A stretch of DNA of 39,543 nucleotides, taken from positions 1 through 39,543 of the forward strand of contig CALRCL010000004.1 in the NCBI GenBank assembly GCA_943354575.1, in the 5' to 3' direction. Under the pieces are notes generated by a model. It was not told the DNA's origin. It did not search any database and saw only the letters and a list, made by a program, of their open reading frames with translations. A program made the translations under genes and the position numbers. Of the stretch, positions 18,743 through 29,152 are shown in pieces; the stretch's first letter is position 1, and every line of letters begins with the position of its first letter. Source of the DNA: Patescibacteria group bacterium UBA4664. GTDB lineage: Bacteria > Patescibacteriota > Saccharimonadia > CAILAD01 > BJGX01.

Positions 18743-19041
18743 CAATCGTTACTCTCAAGCCAGTTATTACCGAAAAAAGCATGAATCTCGCAGCTCGTGG
18801 TGTATATATGTTCGATATTAACCCAGCCGCCAATAAGCCCCTAGTAGCTAAGGCTGTTAAGGACCAATTCAAGGTTGATACAACTCAGGTTCGAATCGCA
18901 ATCATCAAGGGCAAAGTAAAGAAATTTAAAGGTGTTGTTGGGCAGCGTACAAATAAAAAACGAGCCTATGTAACCGTCAAAAAAGGTCAAAAAATCACCG
19001 TTTTTGATATCAAAGAAGAGAAAGAGGAGAAGAAAAAGTAA
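18739..19041 (+). CDS. rplW: 50S ribosomal protein uL23
   Basis: 100 aa. KPVITEKS..., conserved operon position, ATGA overlap with rplD. Confidence 0.95.
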   Translation: MTIVTLKPVITEKSMNLAARGVYMFDINPAANKPLVAKAVKDQFKVDTTQVRIAIIKGKVKKFKGVVGQRTNKKRAYVTVKKGQKITVFDIKEEKEEKKK

Positions 19042-19871
19042 TGGCAGTTAGAACTCTCAAACCAAATACCGCCGCCCGCCGCAACATGAGCGTTGCCGAC
19101 TTTTCTGAACTAACAAAAAAGAAGCCCGAAAAGTCACTAACTGTACCAATCACCAAAAATTCCGGACGTAATAATCAAGGCAAAATCACCACTCGTCACC
19201 GAGGCGGTGGAGCCAAAAGAGCCTACCGACTAGTTGATTTTGTTTTTGCCAGTGCTAAAAATGCCGAAATAATCGCCCTTGAGTACGATCCGAACCGATC
19301 TGCCAATATTGCCTTAGTTAGGCTCGAAGATGGCTCTAAGGCTTATGTTTTGGCAACAGCCAACATGAAGGTTGGCAAAAAAATAGACTCAGGCGAGGAT
19401 GCCGAAATTAAACCAGGCAATCGAATGAAACTAAAAAATATCCCAATCGGATCTATCATTTGTAATATTGAGATGCAACCAGGCAAGGGTGGCCAACTAG
19501 CGCGCAGTGCTGGCGCCCGAGCACAGCTAGCAGCCCGTGAAGAAGACTGGGCTCAAATCAAACTTCCTTCAGGCGAAGTAAGGCTAATCCATACCAACTG
19601 TATGGCTACCGTTGGCCAAATCGGCAATGCCGACCACCAGAATATCACCATCGGCAGTGCCGGCCGAAAACGACACATGGGTCGAAGACCATCGGTGCGT
19701 GGTAAGGCCATGAACCCATCTGATCACCCAATGGGTGGAGGCGAAGGATTGAGCGGTCCAGGCCGTATCCCTCGTACACCATGGGGTAAGGTAGCTATGG
19801 GATTAAAAACCAGACGACGTAAATCAACCAGCGCCATGATTATTCGTGGCCGTGGAAAAGGAAGGAAATAG
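19041..19871 (+). CDS. rplB: 50S ribosomal protein uL2
   Basis: 276 aa. TTRHRGGGAKRAYR, NPSDHPMGGGEG. Confidence 0.98.
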   Translation: MAVRTLKPNTAARRNMSVADFSELTKKKPEKSLTVPITKNSGRNNQGKITTRHRGGGAKRAYRLVDFVFASAKNAEIIALEYDPNRSANIALVRLEDGSKAYVLATANMKVGKKIDSGEDAEIKPGNRMKLKNIPIGSIICNIEMQPGKGGQLARSAGARAQLAAREEDWAQIKLPSGEVRLIHTNCMATVGQIGNADHQNITIGSAGRKRHMGRRPSVRGKAMNPSDHPMGGGEGLSGPGRIPRTPWGKVAMGLKTRRRKSTSAMIIRGRGKGRK

Positions 19872-20153
19872 ATGAGTAGATCAAGCAAAAAAGGACCATT
19901 TATCGATCCTAAATTACTACGCAAGGTGATGGCATTAGAAATAAACGACAAGACCATCATCAAGACTTGGTCGCGAACCAGCACAATTAGCCCAGAAATG
20001 GTCGGCAAGACCATCGCTGTCCATAATGGCAAGGTCCATACACCAGTTTTGGTTTCTGAAAATATGGTCGGTCACAAGCTCGGAGAATTTGCTCCAACCC
20101 GTAAGTTTAGGGGCCACGGTGGTAAATTAGCTAAATCCGAAGGAAAGTCGTAG
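19872..20153 (+). CDS. rpsS: 30S ribosomal protein uS19
   Basis: 93 aa. [37 protein letters not shown]. Confidence 0.98.
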   Translation: MSRSSKKGPFIDPKLLRKVMALEINDKTIIKTWSRTSTISPEMVGKTIAVHNGKVHTPVLVSENMVGHKLGEFAPTRKFRGHGGKLAKSEGKS

Positions 20154-20162
20154 GAAATTATT

Positions 20163-20606
20163 ATGAAAGTAGCAGCTAACATCAAATATCTTCGCATCTC
20201 AGCCCAAAAGCTTCGCCTTGGAGCCGATATGGTTCGTGGCAAACGAGCTCTTGATGCTCAGGAGACACTACTTAGTATGCCTCAAAAATCAGCCCAAATG
20301 ATAGCTAGTGGCTTGAAGAGCGCAATCGCAAATGCCGAAAACAACTATCAAATCAGTAGTGCCAATCTTATGATATCTGAAATTCGTGTCGACCAAGGCC
20401 CCAAGCTAAAGCGTGGTCGGCCTAGAGCCAAGGGTGCTTATGGTAAAATCGAACACCCAATGGCTCATTTGCGTATCATTTTAGATAGCAGCGAAGACCA
20501 GCCAAAGACTGAAGCTAGCAAAAAGCCAGCTCAGGCCGTTAGCAAATCTACAGCTAAACCTAAGGTTACCACCACAATCACTAATAAGAAGCGGGGGAAG
20601 AAGTAA
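20163..20606 (+). CDS. rplV: 50S ribosomal protein uL22, with a Lys/Ala/Thr-rich C-terminal extension
   Basis: 147 aa. ISAQKLRLGADMVRGK, RPRAKGAYGKIEHPMAHL, then a tail of about 35 aa. Confidence 0.96.
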   Translation: MKVAANIKYLRISAQKLRLGADMVRGKRALDAQETLLSMPQKSAQMIASGLKSAIANAENNYQISSANLMISEIRVDQGPKLKRGRPRAKGAYGKIEHPMAHLRIILDSSEDQPKTEASKKPAQAVSKSTAKPKVTTTITNKKRGKK

Positions 20607-21223
20607 TGGGACAAAAAATAAATCCAATTGGCTTTAGGCTTGGTTACACCAAGAGCTGGCAATCGAAATGGTTCGATAACCGCACTTTTGCATCTTCAGT
20701 CGCCCAAGACATCAAAATTCGCAAACTTGTAGCCGACAAGCTAGGTTTTAGGGCATCCGTTGCTAAGGTCGAAATCGAGCGTTCTAGCAATGAGCTAATC
20801 GTTGCTATTCATACTGCCAAACCAGGAGTAGTGATTGGTCGTAGCGGGGCTGGTGTAGAGGCTCTCAAAAAAGACCTCGCAAAAATCATCACCGGGACTT
20901 TCAAGGTTAATATCGAAGAAGTCAAAAACCCCGAGCTAAACGCACAGCTAGTGGCTGAAAATGTCGCTTCGCAAATAGAGCGCCGTCTGCCTTTCCGTAG
21001 AGTCATCAAGAGTACCACCGATGCGTCCGTGCGAGCTGGTGCTTTGGGAGCAAAAGTTAGTGTAGCCGGAAGACTCAATGGCGCCGAAATGGCTCGTCGT
21101 GAGACTTCTGCTGTCGGTAGTATTCCACTACACACCATCAAGGCTAATATCGACTACGCTGCCGTTGAAGCCAAGACCACCTTTGGGGTGATCGGCGTTA
21201 AAGTATGGATTTATAAAGGTTAA
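20606..21223 (+). CDS. rpsC: 30S ribosomal protein uS3
   Basis: 205 aa. MGQKINPIGFRLG, KH-domain pattern GRSGAGVEALKKDL. Confidence 0.98.
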   Translation: MGQKINPIGFRLGYTKSWQSKWFDNRTFASSVAQDIKIRKLVADKLGFRASVAKVEIERSSNELIVAIHTAKPGVVIGRSGAGVEALKKDLAKIITGTFKVNIEEVKNPELNAQLVAENVASQIERRLPFRRVIKSTTDASVRAGALGAKVSVAGRLNGAEMARRETSAVGSIPLHTIKANIDYAAVEAKTTFGVIGVKVWIYKG

Positions 21224-21235
21224 GGAGATTATAGA

Positions 21236-21667
21236 ATGTTAATGCCACGCAAAACTAAATATCGAAAAGCTCAAAAAGGCCGTAACAACGGTGTTGCTAC
21301 CCGTGGCACCGAAATTAGCTTTGGTAGCTATGGCCTAAAGGCTTTAGAAAACGAGCGCATTACTTCTCGCCAAATCGAGTCGGCTCGTCGAGCAATGACC
21401 AGATACGTTAAGCGTGGTGGTAAAATCTGGATCCGAATATTCCCACATACCCCTATCACTAAAAAGCCAGCTGAAGTTCGCATGGGATCTGGTAAGGGTG
21501 CGCTGGACCATTATGTTGCTAAAGTTCAAGCCGGCACAATCCTTTTTGAAATGGATGGGGTGACTGAGGATATAGCCAAAGAGGCGATGCGACTAGCAGC
21601 CTATAAGCTACCGATTAAGACTAAATTTATGGCTAAAGCCCATGCAGGAGAATCCGATGAAAGTTAA
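21236..21667 (+). CDS. rplP: 50S ribosomal protein uL16
   Basis: 143 aa. [43 protein letters not shown] 8 nt upstream. Confidence 0.97.
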   Translation: MLMPRKTKYRKAQKGRNNGVATRGTEISFGSYGLKALENERITSRQIESARRAMTRYVKRGGKIWIRIFPHTPITKKPAEVRMGSGKGALDHYVAKVQAGTILFEMDGVTEDIAKEAMRLAAYKLPIKTKFMAKAHAGESDES

Positions 21668-21866
21668 AGAATTACAAAACAAGTCCAATACCGAACTGCA
21701 AAAAGATCTTGCAGACACTAGGGCAAAACTAGCCCAATTGAGCGTTGATTATCGAACTAAAGAAGTAAAAAATGTTCGTCAAATCAGAGCTCAGAAACGC
21801 ACCGTAGCCCGAATACTAACAATCATGTCGCAAAACAACAAGGCATCACAAGGAGAACAATCATGA
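21657..21866 (+). CDS. rpmC: 50S ribosomal protein uL29
   Basis: 69 aa from ATG 21657 (GGAG 6 nt upstream, [10 protein letters not shown]...). The track start at 21642 adds 5 residues. Overlaps the rplP end by 11 nt. Confidence 0.93.
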   Translation: MKVKELQNKSNTELQKDLADTRAKLAQLSVDYRTKEVKNVRQIRAQKRTVARILTIMSQNNKASQGEQS

Positions 21867-22126
21867 GTCGAGTCTTACAAGGTAAAGTCGTGTCAACCAA
21901 AATGAACAAAACTATTGTCGTCGCTGTAGAGCGCCGCAAGTCTCATCCGATATATAAAAAATCTTACCTTGTAACCACTAGGTTCCAAGCTCACGATGAA
22001 GATGGCAAAGCTAAGCTTGGCGACATGGTTGAAATTTCCGAGACCCGACCAATTAGCAAAAACAAGCATTTTGAGCTTTCCCAAATACTAGAAAAAGGTG
22101 TCATAAGGACGGAGATAGTCGAATGA
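21863..22126 (+). CDS. rpsQ: 30S ribosomal protein uS17
   Basis: 87 aa. [22 protein letters not shown]. Confidence 0.97.
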   Translation: MSRVLQGKVVSTKMNKTIVVAVERRKSHPIYKKSYLVTTRFQAHDEDGKAKLGDMVEISETRPISKNKHFELSQILEKGVIRTEIVE

Positions 22127-22491
22127 TTCAAACCCAAACTAGATTAAGAGTAGCCGATAATACCGGAGCAAAAGAAATTATGTGCATCAAGGTTTTGGGT
22201 GGTAGTAAAAGACGGTACGCTCGTATTGGAGATATTTTTGTAGCCAGCGTTAAGGTTGCTACTCCTAATGGCACAGTCAAGAAAAAAGAAGTAGTCCGAG
22301 CCGTAGTGGTTCGTACCAAACGAGAAGTTACCCGCAAAGATGGCAGCAATGTTAGATTCGATGAAAACGCCGCAGTTATAATCGACGCCAATGATCAGCC
22401 CCGCGGAACTCGTATTTTTGGACCAGTCACCAGAGAGCTTCGAGAAAAAGGCTTTATGAAAATTGTATCATTAGCTCCGGAGGTACTTTAG
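22123..22491 (+). CDS. rplN: 50S ribosomal protein uL14
   Basis: 122 aa. [28 protein letters not shown]. Confidence 0.98.
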   Translation: MIQTQTRLRVADNTGAKEIMCIKVLGGSKRRYARIGDIFVASVKVATPNGTVKKKEVVRAVVVRTKREVTRKDGSNVRFDENAAVIIDANDQPRGTRIFGPVTRELREKGFMKIVSLAPEVL

Positions 22492-22493
22492 TC

Positions 22494-22874
22494 ATGAAGA
22501 TCATTAAAAAAGACAAAGTACTAGTTATTGCAGGGCGCGACAAAGGCAAGACCGGCGAAGTGCTGGCAGTCATGCCATCCAAGTCCCAGCTTATTGTAGA
22601 AGGCGTTAATATCGCTAAGCGGCACACCAAACCAAGCCAGAACCAGCCGAAAGGCGGAATCGTAGAAATCACCAAGCCAATTTCGGCTTCCAAGGTAATG
22701 GTTATTGACCCGACTACCGGCAAACCAGCCAGAATCGGCTACAAACTTGGAGCCAAGGGTAAAAAAGAACGAATCTTCAAGGTTTCAAAATTTGCAAATC
22801 CTAAAACCAAAAAAGCAGTTACTACTGATAAAAAAATTAAAACTGTCACCAACAGTAAGAGTGAGAAAAAATAG
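22494..22874 (+). CDS. rplX: 50S ribosomal protein uL24, with a Lys-rich C-terminal extension
   Basis: 126 aa. KKDKVLVIAGRDKGKTGEV (KOW motif), tail KTKKAVTTDKKIKTVTNSKSEKK. Confidence 0.96.
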   Translation: MKIIKKDKVLVIAGRDKGKTGEVLAVMPSKSQLIVEGVNIAKRHTKPSQNQPKGGIVEITKPISASKVMVIDPTTGKPARIGYKLGAKGKKERIFKVSKFANPKTKKAVTTDKKIKTVTNSKSEKK

Positions 22875-22876
22875 CC

Positions 22877-23425
22877 ATGAATAGATTAATCAAAAAATAC
22901 ACCGATACAGTCCGCAAGGAGCTAACCAGCGACTTGGCTATTTCTAATACTCACCAAGTCCCGAAGATTGAAAAAATAGTCATCAATAGCGGTGTCGGTA
23001 AGGCCGTGGCCGATACCAAGCAGCTCGATATGGTAGTAGCCACTTTGGCTACGATATCTGGCCAAAAGCCAATCATTACCAAGGCCCAACACAGTATCGC
23101 GACATTTAAATTGCGCGAAGGAATGCCCATCGGCACCAAGGTTACTTTACGCGGCGAGAGAATGTACAGCTTCTTGGACCGCCTAATTGCAGTTGTATTG
23201 CCCCGAACCCGAGATTTTCATGGTGTTAGTGCCAAGGCTTTTGACAAGAGCGGCAATTACAGTATCGGTATCAAAGACCAGACAGTGTTCCCAGAAGTAG
23301 CCTACGAGGATGCTATGGTAATCCATGGGCTTCAAATAACAATAGTAATCAGCGGCAACGACGCCAAAGCTAGCAAGATGCTTCTTGAAAAGCTTGGTAT
23401 GCCGTTCGAGAAAGGAGCGAAGTAA
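22877..23425 (+). CDS. rplE: 50S ribosomal protein uL5
   Basis: 182 aa. [35 protein letters not shown]. Confidence 0.97.
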   Translation: MNRLIKKYTDTVRKELTSDLAISNTHQVPKIEKIVINSGVGKAVADTKQLDMVVATLATISGQKPIITKAQHSIATFKLREGMPIGTKVTLRGERMYSFLDRLIAVVLPRTRDFHGVSAKAFDKSGNYSIGIKDQTVFPEVAYEDAMVIHGLQITIVISGNDAKASKMLLEKLGMPFEKGAK

Positions 23426-23694
23426 TGGCCCGAAAAGCATTGATCCAACGAGAGTTAAAAAGACAAAAATTAGCAGCTAAATTTGCCACCAAACGCGCTC
23501 AGCTTCGAGCGGACGGCGACCTAGAGGGCTTAGCAAAATTGCCTCGCAACTCTAACCCAAACCGTCAGCGTAACCGCTGTGTGATTACTGGTCGCCCAAG
23601 AGGCTACATCGGTAAATTCGGTTTAAGCAGATTAACCTTCCGAGAATATGCCTCTAAGGGGCAGATTCCTGGCGTAACTAAATCGAGCTGGTAG
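23425..23694 (+). CDS. rpsN: 30S ribosomal protein uS14 (long, non-zinc type)
   Basis: 89 aa. [26 protein letters not shown]...KSSW. No CxxC pairs. Confidence 0.95.
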   Translation: MARKALIQRELKRQKLAAKFATKRAQLRADGDLEGLAKLPRNSNPNRQRNRCVITGRPRGYIGKFGLSRLTFREYASKGQIPGVTKSSW

Positions 23695-23706
23695 GAGAAA
23701 GATACT

Positions 23707-24093
23707 ATGATTACAACAGATCCAATTGCAGATATGCTAACAAGAATAAGAAACGGAATTATGTCCGGTAAGGTTGAGGTTGTGATGCCGCATTCGAAGC
23801 TTAAAGCAGCTATCGCCGAAATCCTCCACTCAAACGGCTACCTGGGTAAAGTCTCAGTAGTAGAGCTTGGAGGCTTCAAACAATTAAGCATGCTACTAGA
23901 TGGCGAATCACAGCCAGAAAGCCTGGTTAGAGTTAGCAAGCCAGGTCGTCGAATTTATGCTAAGGCTGACGAAATCCCAACCGTCCGAACCGGCCGAGGC
24001 ATAGTAATAGTTTCTACCCCTGTAGGAATCATGACTGGCAAAGAAGCCCGAAAAAAAGGAATTGGCGGCGAGCTAATTTGTAAGGTGTACTAA
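23707..24093 (+). CDS. rpsH: 30S ribosomal protein uS8
   Basis: 128 aa. TDPIADMLTRIRNG, GGELICKVY. Confidence 0.97.
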   Translation: MITTDPIADMLTRIRNGIMSGKVEVVMPHSKLKAAIAEILHSNGYLGKVSVVELGGFKQLSMLLDGESQPESLVRVSKPGRRIYAKADEIPTVRTGRGIVIVSTPVGIMTGKEARKKGIGGELICKVY

Positions 24094-24094
24094 G

Positions 24095-24643
24095 ATGAGT
24101 AGAATCGGCAGACAACCAATACCAGTATCCGAAGGAGTTGAAGTATCGATTGAAGGCAATCTAGTAACTGTCAAAGGTCCCAAGGGCGAGCTTCGCAACA
24201 AGGTCCTGAAGGGCTTCGAGGTCACCCAAAATGATAATCTCATTACAGTCGCCCAAAAAGTAGTCAACCCAGACACTCAAAAACAGTTTGGCCTCCAAAG
24301 GACCTTAATTGCAAATATGATTATCGGAGTTTCTGAAGGCTTTTCAAAAGAACTCGAAATTAATGGCGTCGGCTACAGAGCCCAAATGAAGGGTAGTGTG
24401 CTCGAAATGACCCTTGGTTTTTCGCATCCCATCCTATACACAGCCCCAGAAGGCGTCGTAGTCAGTGTCAACCAAAACATCATTACCGTTACGGGCTACG
24501 ACAAGCAACAGGTTGGTGAAACCGCTGCTAATATCAGAATGTTTAAAAAACCAGAGCCCTACAAGGGCAAAGGCATCAAGTATGTCGGTGAGCATATCCG
24601 CCGCAAGGCAGGTAAGACAGCCGCTAAGGGAGGAACAGAATGA
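24095..24643 (+). CDS. rplF: 50S ribosomal protein uL6
   Basis: 182 aa. MSRIGRQPIPV, GVGYRA, EPYKGKGIKY. Confidence 0.97.
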   Translation: MSRIGRQPIPVSEGVEVSIEGNLVTVKGPKGELRNKVLKGFEVTQNDNLITVAQKVVNPDTQKQFGLQRTLIANMIIGVSEGFSKELEINGVGYRAQMKGSVLEMTLGFSHPILYTAPEGVVVSVNQNIITVTGYDKQQVGETAANIRMFKKPEPYKGKGIKYVGEHIRRKAGKTAAKGGTE

Positions 24644-24975
24644 GAAATATCAAATCAGTTCGTAGAATTCGTGCTAAGGTATCTGGCACTTCGGCTCGTC
24701 CAAGACTTTGCTTGGCCGTATCATTAACGAACCTCAGAGCTCAGCTAATAGATGACGTAAGCGCCAAAACAATCGCCTCGGCAACTACCCTGTCCAACAA
24801 AGACCTTAAGGGTAAATCGTTGACCCAAAAAGCCGAATGGCTAGGTGCTCAAATAGCCGAACAGGCCAAAAAAGCTAAAGTTAAGAATGTGGTTTTTGAC
24901 AGAGGTGGTAAAATTTATCATGGCAGAGTTAAGGCTTTTGCAGAGTCAGCCCGTGCGGCAGGATTGGAGTTTTAG
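24640..24975 (+). CDS. rplR: 50S ribosomal protein uL18
   Basis: 111 aa. RPRLCLAVSLTNLRAQLIDD, FDRGGKIYHGRVKAFAESAR. Confidence 0.96.
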   Translation: MRNIKSVRRIRAKVSGTSARPRLCLAVSLTNLRAQLIDDVSAKTIASATTLSNKDLKGKSLTQKAEWLGAQIAEQAKKAKVKNVVFDRGGKIYHGRVKAFAESARAAGLEF

Positions 24976-25473
24976 ATGAATAATAATAGTCAATTTGGCA
25001 GAACCAATACCCGCGAAACACCCGAATTCGATGAGCGAATTATTGCTTTAGATCGTGTTACCAGAGTAGTTAAAGGCGGACGCCGTTTTAGATTTAGAGC
25101 CACAGCAGTTGTCGGCGACGGCAAGGGTAAGGTTGGTATCGGAGTAGGTAAGGGCAAGGATGCCCCAGCTTCAATCCAAAAAGCCATTGCTCGAGGCAAA
25201 AAAGCGATGGTTCAGTTCGAACTCAAAGGCACGACTATACCTCACGAGGTGCAAGTTTCTTCAGGTGGGGCAGTAGTATTTATGAAGCCCGCCCGTCCAG
25301 GAACTGGCGTAATCGCTGGTGGTGCTGTACGAGCCGTCCTAGAAGCTGCTGGTGTTAAAGATGTCCTAACCAAGTCGCTCGGCTCAACTAATAAAATCAA
25401 TAACTCATATGCCACTATCGAGGCGCTCGGCCAACTCAAGGGCCTACCAAAAGTTACTAAGGAGTCAAAATAA
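24976..25473 (+). CDS. rpsE: 30S ribosomal protein uS5
   Basis: 165 aa. VTRVVKGGRRFRFRATAVVGDGKG, GTGVIAGGAVRAVLE. Confidence 0.97.
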   Translation: MNNNSQFGRTNTRETPEFDERIIALDRVTRVVKGGRRFRFRATAVVGDGKGKVGIGVGKGKDAPASIQKAIARGKKAMVQFELKGTTIPHEVQVSSGGAVVFMKPARPGTGVIAGGAVRAVLEAAGVKDVLTKSLGSTNKINNSYATIEALGQLKGLPKVTKESK

Positions 25474-25970
25474 TGAAAGTTCATGAATTAAAAACTACCA
25501 AAACCAAATCCGATAGACGTTTGGGTCGCGGTATTAGCGCTGGTCAGGGTAAAACTGCCGGCCGTGGTACAAAAGGTCAGAACTCTCGAACCGGAAGTAA
25601 GTTTAAACCCGGCTTTGAGGGTGGACAAACCAAGCTTGCTCAACGTCTACCAAAGGCCCGAGGTTTTCGATCTTACACCAGAAAAGAATACCAAGTAATA
25701 AATCTCGATGATATCCAGACACTCGGCAAAAAGATTGTTAACGCCTCAATACTGGCTCAGGCAGGACTAATCCGCAAAGCCAATCAGCCCTTGAAGCTGC
25801 TCGGAGATGGTACAATTGTTCTTGCAGTAACCATTACTGTCGATAAGGCCTCAAAGTCTGCTGTTGAAGCAATCCAAAAAGCTGGAGGCAAGGTAGTAAT
25901 CAAAACCAGAACCGAAAAAGAACCTATTCAAAAGGCAATCAAAACGTCCGACACCAAGAAGACCAAGTAA
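25473..25970 (+). CDS. rplO: 50S ribosomal protein uL15 (directly abuts rpsE; no L30 gene between them)
   Basis: 165 aa. GRGISAGQGKTAGRGTKGQ, FEGGQTKLAQRLPK. Confidence 0.96.
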   Translation: MKVHELKTTKTKSDRRLGRGISAGQGKTAGRGTKGQNSRTGSKFKPGFEGGQTKLAQRLPKARGFRSYTRKEYQVINLDDIQTLGKKIVNASILAQAGLIRKANQPLKLLGDGTIVLAVTITVDKASKSAVEAIQKAGGKVVIKTRTEKEPIQKAIKTSDTKKTK

Positions 25971-25987
25971 GTAGCAACTGGAGGTAA

Positions 25988-27304
25988 ATGAATAAAGAGA
26001 CCTGGCGTCAATTATACAAAAACACCACACTGCGTAAGCGCTTGCTGGTGGTGCTTGCTGTTATGGTCGCCTATAGCTTGCTCTCGCAGATTCCAGTACC
26101 AGTTGCTGACGGTGCTAAACTCCAGACATTCTTAACGAAGCTTTTTGAATCTAATTCAGTACTCGGCTTTGTCAATTTGTTTTCTGGCGGAGCACTTTCC
26201 AGATTCTCAGTACTTTTAATGGGTCTGGGCCCATATATTAATGCTTCAATTATTATTCAACTTTTAACCCAGGTCATTCCTAAGCTCGGCGCACTTTCAA
26301 AAGAGGGTGAGGCCGGTAGAAACAAAATCAACTACTACACCAGGTTGCTGACCTTGCCGCTGGCAATTATCCAATCCTTTGCAATGGTCATACTGGTCAG
26401 GAATCTGTCCACCCAATCTGTCGGAATAGACCTCATCGGGAACCCAACGGTATTTCAATGGGTAATGATGATATCTACTATTACTGCCGGCTCAATGCTC
26501 TTGATGTGGATGGGCGAGTTGATTACTGAAAAGGGTATCGGCAATGGTATCTCGATGATAATTTTATTTGGAATTGTAGCTAGCCTGCCTGCTACCATGG
26601 CATCACAGTTCGCCCTGGTACAGTCTGACCCTACCAAGATAGCAAGCATTATTTTTATATTGGCCGCCGCTGCGGCTTCGGTTGTATTTATCGTTTATCT
26701 TAACGAAGGCCAGCGCAACATACCTGTCTCGTATGCTCGCAGAATGACCAATACTAAGTCTTACGGCGGTGTTGATACCCATTTGCCCCTAAGGGTCATT
26801 ACAGCCGGAGTTATACCAATTATATTTGCGCTGGCTTTTTTGTCGATACCGACCTTTTTAGGGCAGTTATTCACTAACGCCAGCACTGCCTGGGTGGCTA
26901 ATTTTGCCCAAAAGCTAACCACTATTTTTTCTCCTACAAGCTGGGTTTATGCTATTACCTACTTCGTACTGGTAGTCGCATTTACCTATTTTTATACAGC
27001 GATTATATTCAAACCCGATGAAATAGCCGAAAATCTCCAAAAACAAGGAGGCTTCATACCAGGCGTCAGGCCGGGCGAAGAGACCTCCAAGTATCTCAAA
27101 ACCATTATTACTCGAATTACCTTTACGGGCTCTCTAGGGCTCGGCATAGTGGCCCTCCTGCCGTTCGTGATGGAAACCGTCTTTAAGACCTCGCAGGCTA
27201 TTACAATTGGCGGCACAAGCCTACTAATTATCGTGGCTGTGATCATCGAAACCGTCAAGCAACTTCGATCGATGTTGCTAATGGCAAGCTATGAAAAATA
27301 CTAA
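25988..27304 (+). CDS. secY: Preprotein translocase subunit SecY
   Basis: 438 aa, 10 TM. GLGPYINASIIIQLL, GELITEKGIGNGISMII, QKQGGFIPGVRPG. GGAGG upstream. Confidence 0.98.
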   Translation: MNKETWRQLYKNTTLRKRLLVVLAVMVAYSLLSQIPVPVADGAKLQTFLTKLFESNSVLGFVNLFSGGALSRFSVLLMGLGPYINASIIIQLLTQVIPKLGALSKEGEAGRNKINYYTRLLTLPLAIIQSFAMVILVRNLSTQSVGIDLIGNPTVFQWVMMISTITAGSMLLMWMGELITEKGIGNGISMIILFGIVASLPATMASQFALVQSDPTKIASIIFILAAAAASVVFIVYLNEGQRNIPVSYARRMTNTKSYGGVDTHLPLRVITAGVIPIIFALAFLSIPTFLGQLFTNASTAWVANFAQKLTTIFSPTSWVYAITYFVLVVAFTYFYTAIIFKPDEIAENLQKQGGFIPGVRPGEETSKYLKTIITRITFTGSLGLGIVALLPFVMETVFKTSQAITIGGTSLLIIVAVIIETVKQLRSMLLMASYEKY

Positions 27305-27331
27305 AAACAACCATTTCGGGTCAAAAAACCC

Positions 27332-27360
27332 TTTACAGATGAGCCAATCTCGTCTATAAT
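27332..27360 (+). promoter_or_regulatory. Sigma70-type promoter candidate for infA-rpmJ-rpsM...
   Basis: TTTACA (27332-27337), 17-nt spacer, TATAAT (27355-27360). Confidence 0.6.
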
Positions 27361-27381
27361 TACATCTTGTAACTTTAATCT

Positions 27382-27603
27382 ATGGCAAATACAAAGGAAG
27401 TAATCGAAGTCGAGGGTAGCGTTATTGAAGCGCTGCCTAATGCACACTTCAAGGTAGAACTTGAAAATGGGCATGTAATTTTGGCACACATTTCTGGTAA
27501 GATGCGCATGCATTACATCAAGATACTGCCAGGAGACAAGGTAACGATCGAGATGACGCCTTATGACTTGTCAAAGGGTCGAATCACTTTTCGACATAAG
27601 TAG
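27382..27603 (+). CDS. infA: Translation initiation factor IF-1
   Basis: 73 aa. [34 protein letters not shown]...ITFR. Confidence 0.98.
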   Translation: MANTKEVIEVEGSVIEALPNAHFKVELENGHVILAHISGKMRMHYIKILPGDKVTIEMTPYDLSKGRITFRHK

Positions 27604-27612
27604 GAGAATATT

Positions 27613-27726
27613 TTGAAAGTTCGCGCCGGAGTCAAAAAAATCTGTTCAAAATGTAAAATCGTCGTACGCAAACGAGTTGTACGAGTTATTTGTGATAACC
27701 CTAAACACAAGCAGAGGCAAGGCTAA
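27613..27726 (+). CDS. rpmJ: 50S ribosomal protein bL36 (zinc-ribbon type), TTG start; not in the ORF track (<60 aa)
   Basis: My own translation: (M)[41 protein letters not shown] at 27602-27606. Stop TAA 27724-27726 overlaps the rpsM ATG by 1 nt. Confidence 0.93.
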   Translation: MKVRAGVKKICSKCKIVVRKRVVRVICDNPKHKQRQG

Positions 27727-28112
27727 TGGCCCGTATTGCCGGAACCAACATCCCAACTGAGAAACGCCTAGAAGTTTCTTTGACCTACGTTTACGGAGTT
27801 GGGCTTAAAACTAGCCAAAAAATCCTTAAAAATCTTAACATCGACCCAAATCAGCGGGTCAAGGATGTATCTGAGTCTGATTTAACAAAAATCCGAGAAT
27901 ACATCGACAAAAACCTTATAGTCGAAGCCGATTTGTCCCGTATTGTTAGTGGTAACGTCAAGCGCCTTAAAGAAATCAAGGCCTACCGAGGTCTGCGCCA
28001 CAGCGCCGGTCTGCCATCAAGAGGCCAACGGACCAAGACCAATGCCCGTACCAAACGTGGTCGCAAGGTAACAGTCGGAAGTGGTCGAAAAAAGTCAGCA
28101 GCTAAAACTTAA
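27726..28112 (+). CDS. rpsM: 30S ribosomal protein uS13
   Basis: 128 aa. [33 protein letters not shown]. Confidence 0.98.
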   Translation: MARIAGTNIPTEKRLEVSLTYVYGVGLKTSQKILKNLNIDPNQRVKDVSESDLTKIREYIDKNLIVEADLSRIVSGNVKRLKEIKAYRGLRHSAGLPSRGQRTKTNARTKRGRKVTVGSGRKKSAAKT

Positions 28113-28126
28113 GTAAAGGCAATAAT

Positions 28127-28519
28127 ATGAGCAAACCAGCAGTCAAAACCAGAAAAAAGAAACTAAAGCGCAATATACCCAAAGGTATAGTGCATATACA
28201 CTCTAGTTTTAATAACACCATTATTACCATCACAGACGAAAAAGGTGCAGTTCTTAGTTGGGCATCTTCTGGATCGGCTGGCTTTAAGGGCTCACGCAAA
28301 AGCACTCCTTATGCAGCCCAGATGGCTGCCGAAAAAGCCGTTGGTGTCTGCAAAGACTTCTCGATGAGTAGCGTCGATGTAATCATTAAAGGCATCGGCG
28401 GAGGTCGAGAGAGCGCCATTCGAGCTTTGCAAGGTTCTGGAATTAGTGTTAACTCCATCAAAGACGAGACTGGCATCCCACACAACGGCTGCCGAGCCCG
28501 AAAGGCAAGGAGAGTCTAG
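28127..28519 (+). CDS. rpsK: 30S ribosomal protein uS11
   Basis: 130 aa. [44 protein letters not shown]. Confidence 0.98.
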   Translation: MSKPAVKTRKKKLKRNIPKGIVHIHSSFNNTIITITDEKGAVLSWASSGSAGFKGSRKSTPYAAQMAAEKAVGVCKDFSMSSVDVIIKGIGGGRESAIRALQGSGISVNSIKDETGIPHNGCRARKARRV

Positions 28520-28521
28520 CG

Positions 28522-29136
28522 ATGGCACGAAACCTAACCCCAGCTGCTAAGATAGCTCGCCGAGAGGGCGCCCACACTCACCCAAAGGCCGTCAAAGCCC
28601 TAACACGCCGCAATTATGCTCCAGGCCAGCACGGCCAGTCGCGTCGGCCAAAGCCTAGCGATTACGCCTTGCAACTAAGAGAAAAGCAAAAAACCAAGCG
28701 CTACTATGGGATCCTTGAAAAGCAGTTCAGAAAATACGTCGAAAAAGCCGAAAAAATGCAAGGTGTAGCTGGCGAAAACTTACTTCAGTTGCTTGAGCGC
28801 CGCCTAGACAATGTCATCTATCGGTTAGGAATTGCACCATCCCGTCCTGCCGCACGACAGGTTGTAACCCATGGCCACGTCATGCTAAACGGCAAAAGAG
28901 TCGACATCCCATCAATCATCGTTTCACCAGAAGATGAAATCACGATACGCGAAACCAGCCTAAAATCCACTTATTTTGTTGCCCTCAAAGACAGTATTGA
29001 CCCTAACCAAACTTTGCCTAGCTGGCTAAGCTTCGACCAAAAGAAGTTCAGCGCCAAAGTAACGGGGTTGCCACTGCGCGAGGAACAAGACCAAGAGATC
29101 GAAGAGCAATTAATTATTGAGTATTACTCACGTTAA
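28522..29136 (+). CDS. rpsD: 30S ribosomal protein uS4
   Basis: 204 aa. LREKQKTKRYYG, LERRLDNVIYRLG (S4 RNA-binding domain). Confidence 0.97.
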   Translation: MARNLTPAAKIARREGAHTHPKAVKALTRRNYAPGQHGQSRRPKPSDYALQLREKQKTKRYYGILEKQFRKYVEKAEKMQGVAGENLLQLLERRLDNVIYRLGIAPSRPAARQVVTHGHVMLNGKRVDIPSIIVSPEDEITIRETSLKSTYFVALKDSIDPNQTLPSWLSFDQKKFSAKVTGLPLREEQDQEIEEQLIIEYYSR

Positions 29137-29152
29137 ATAATAAGGAGATTCA

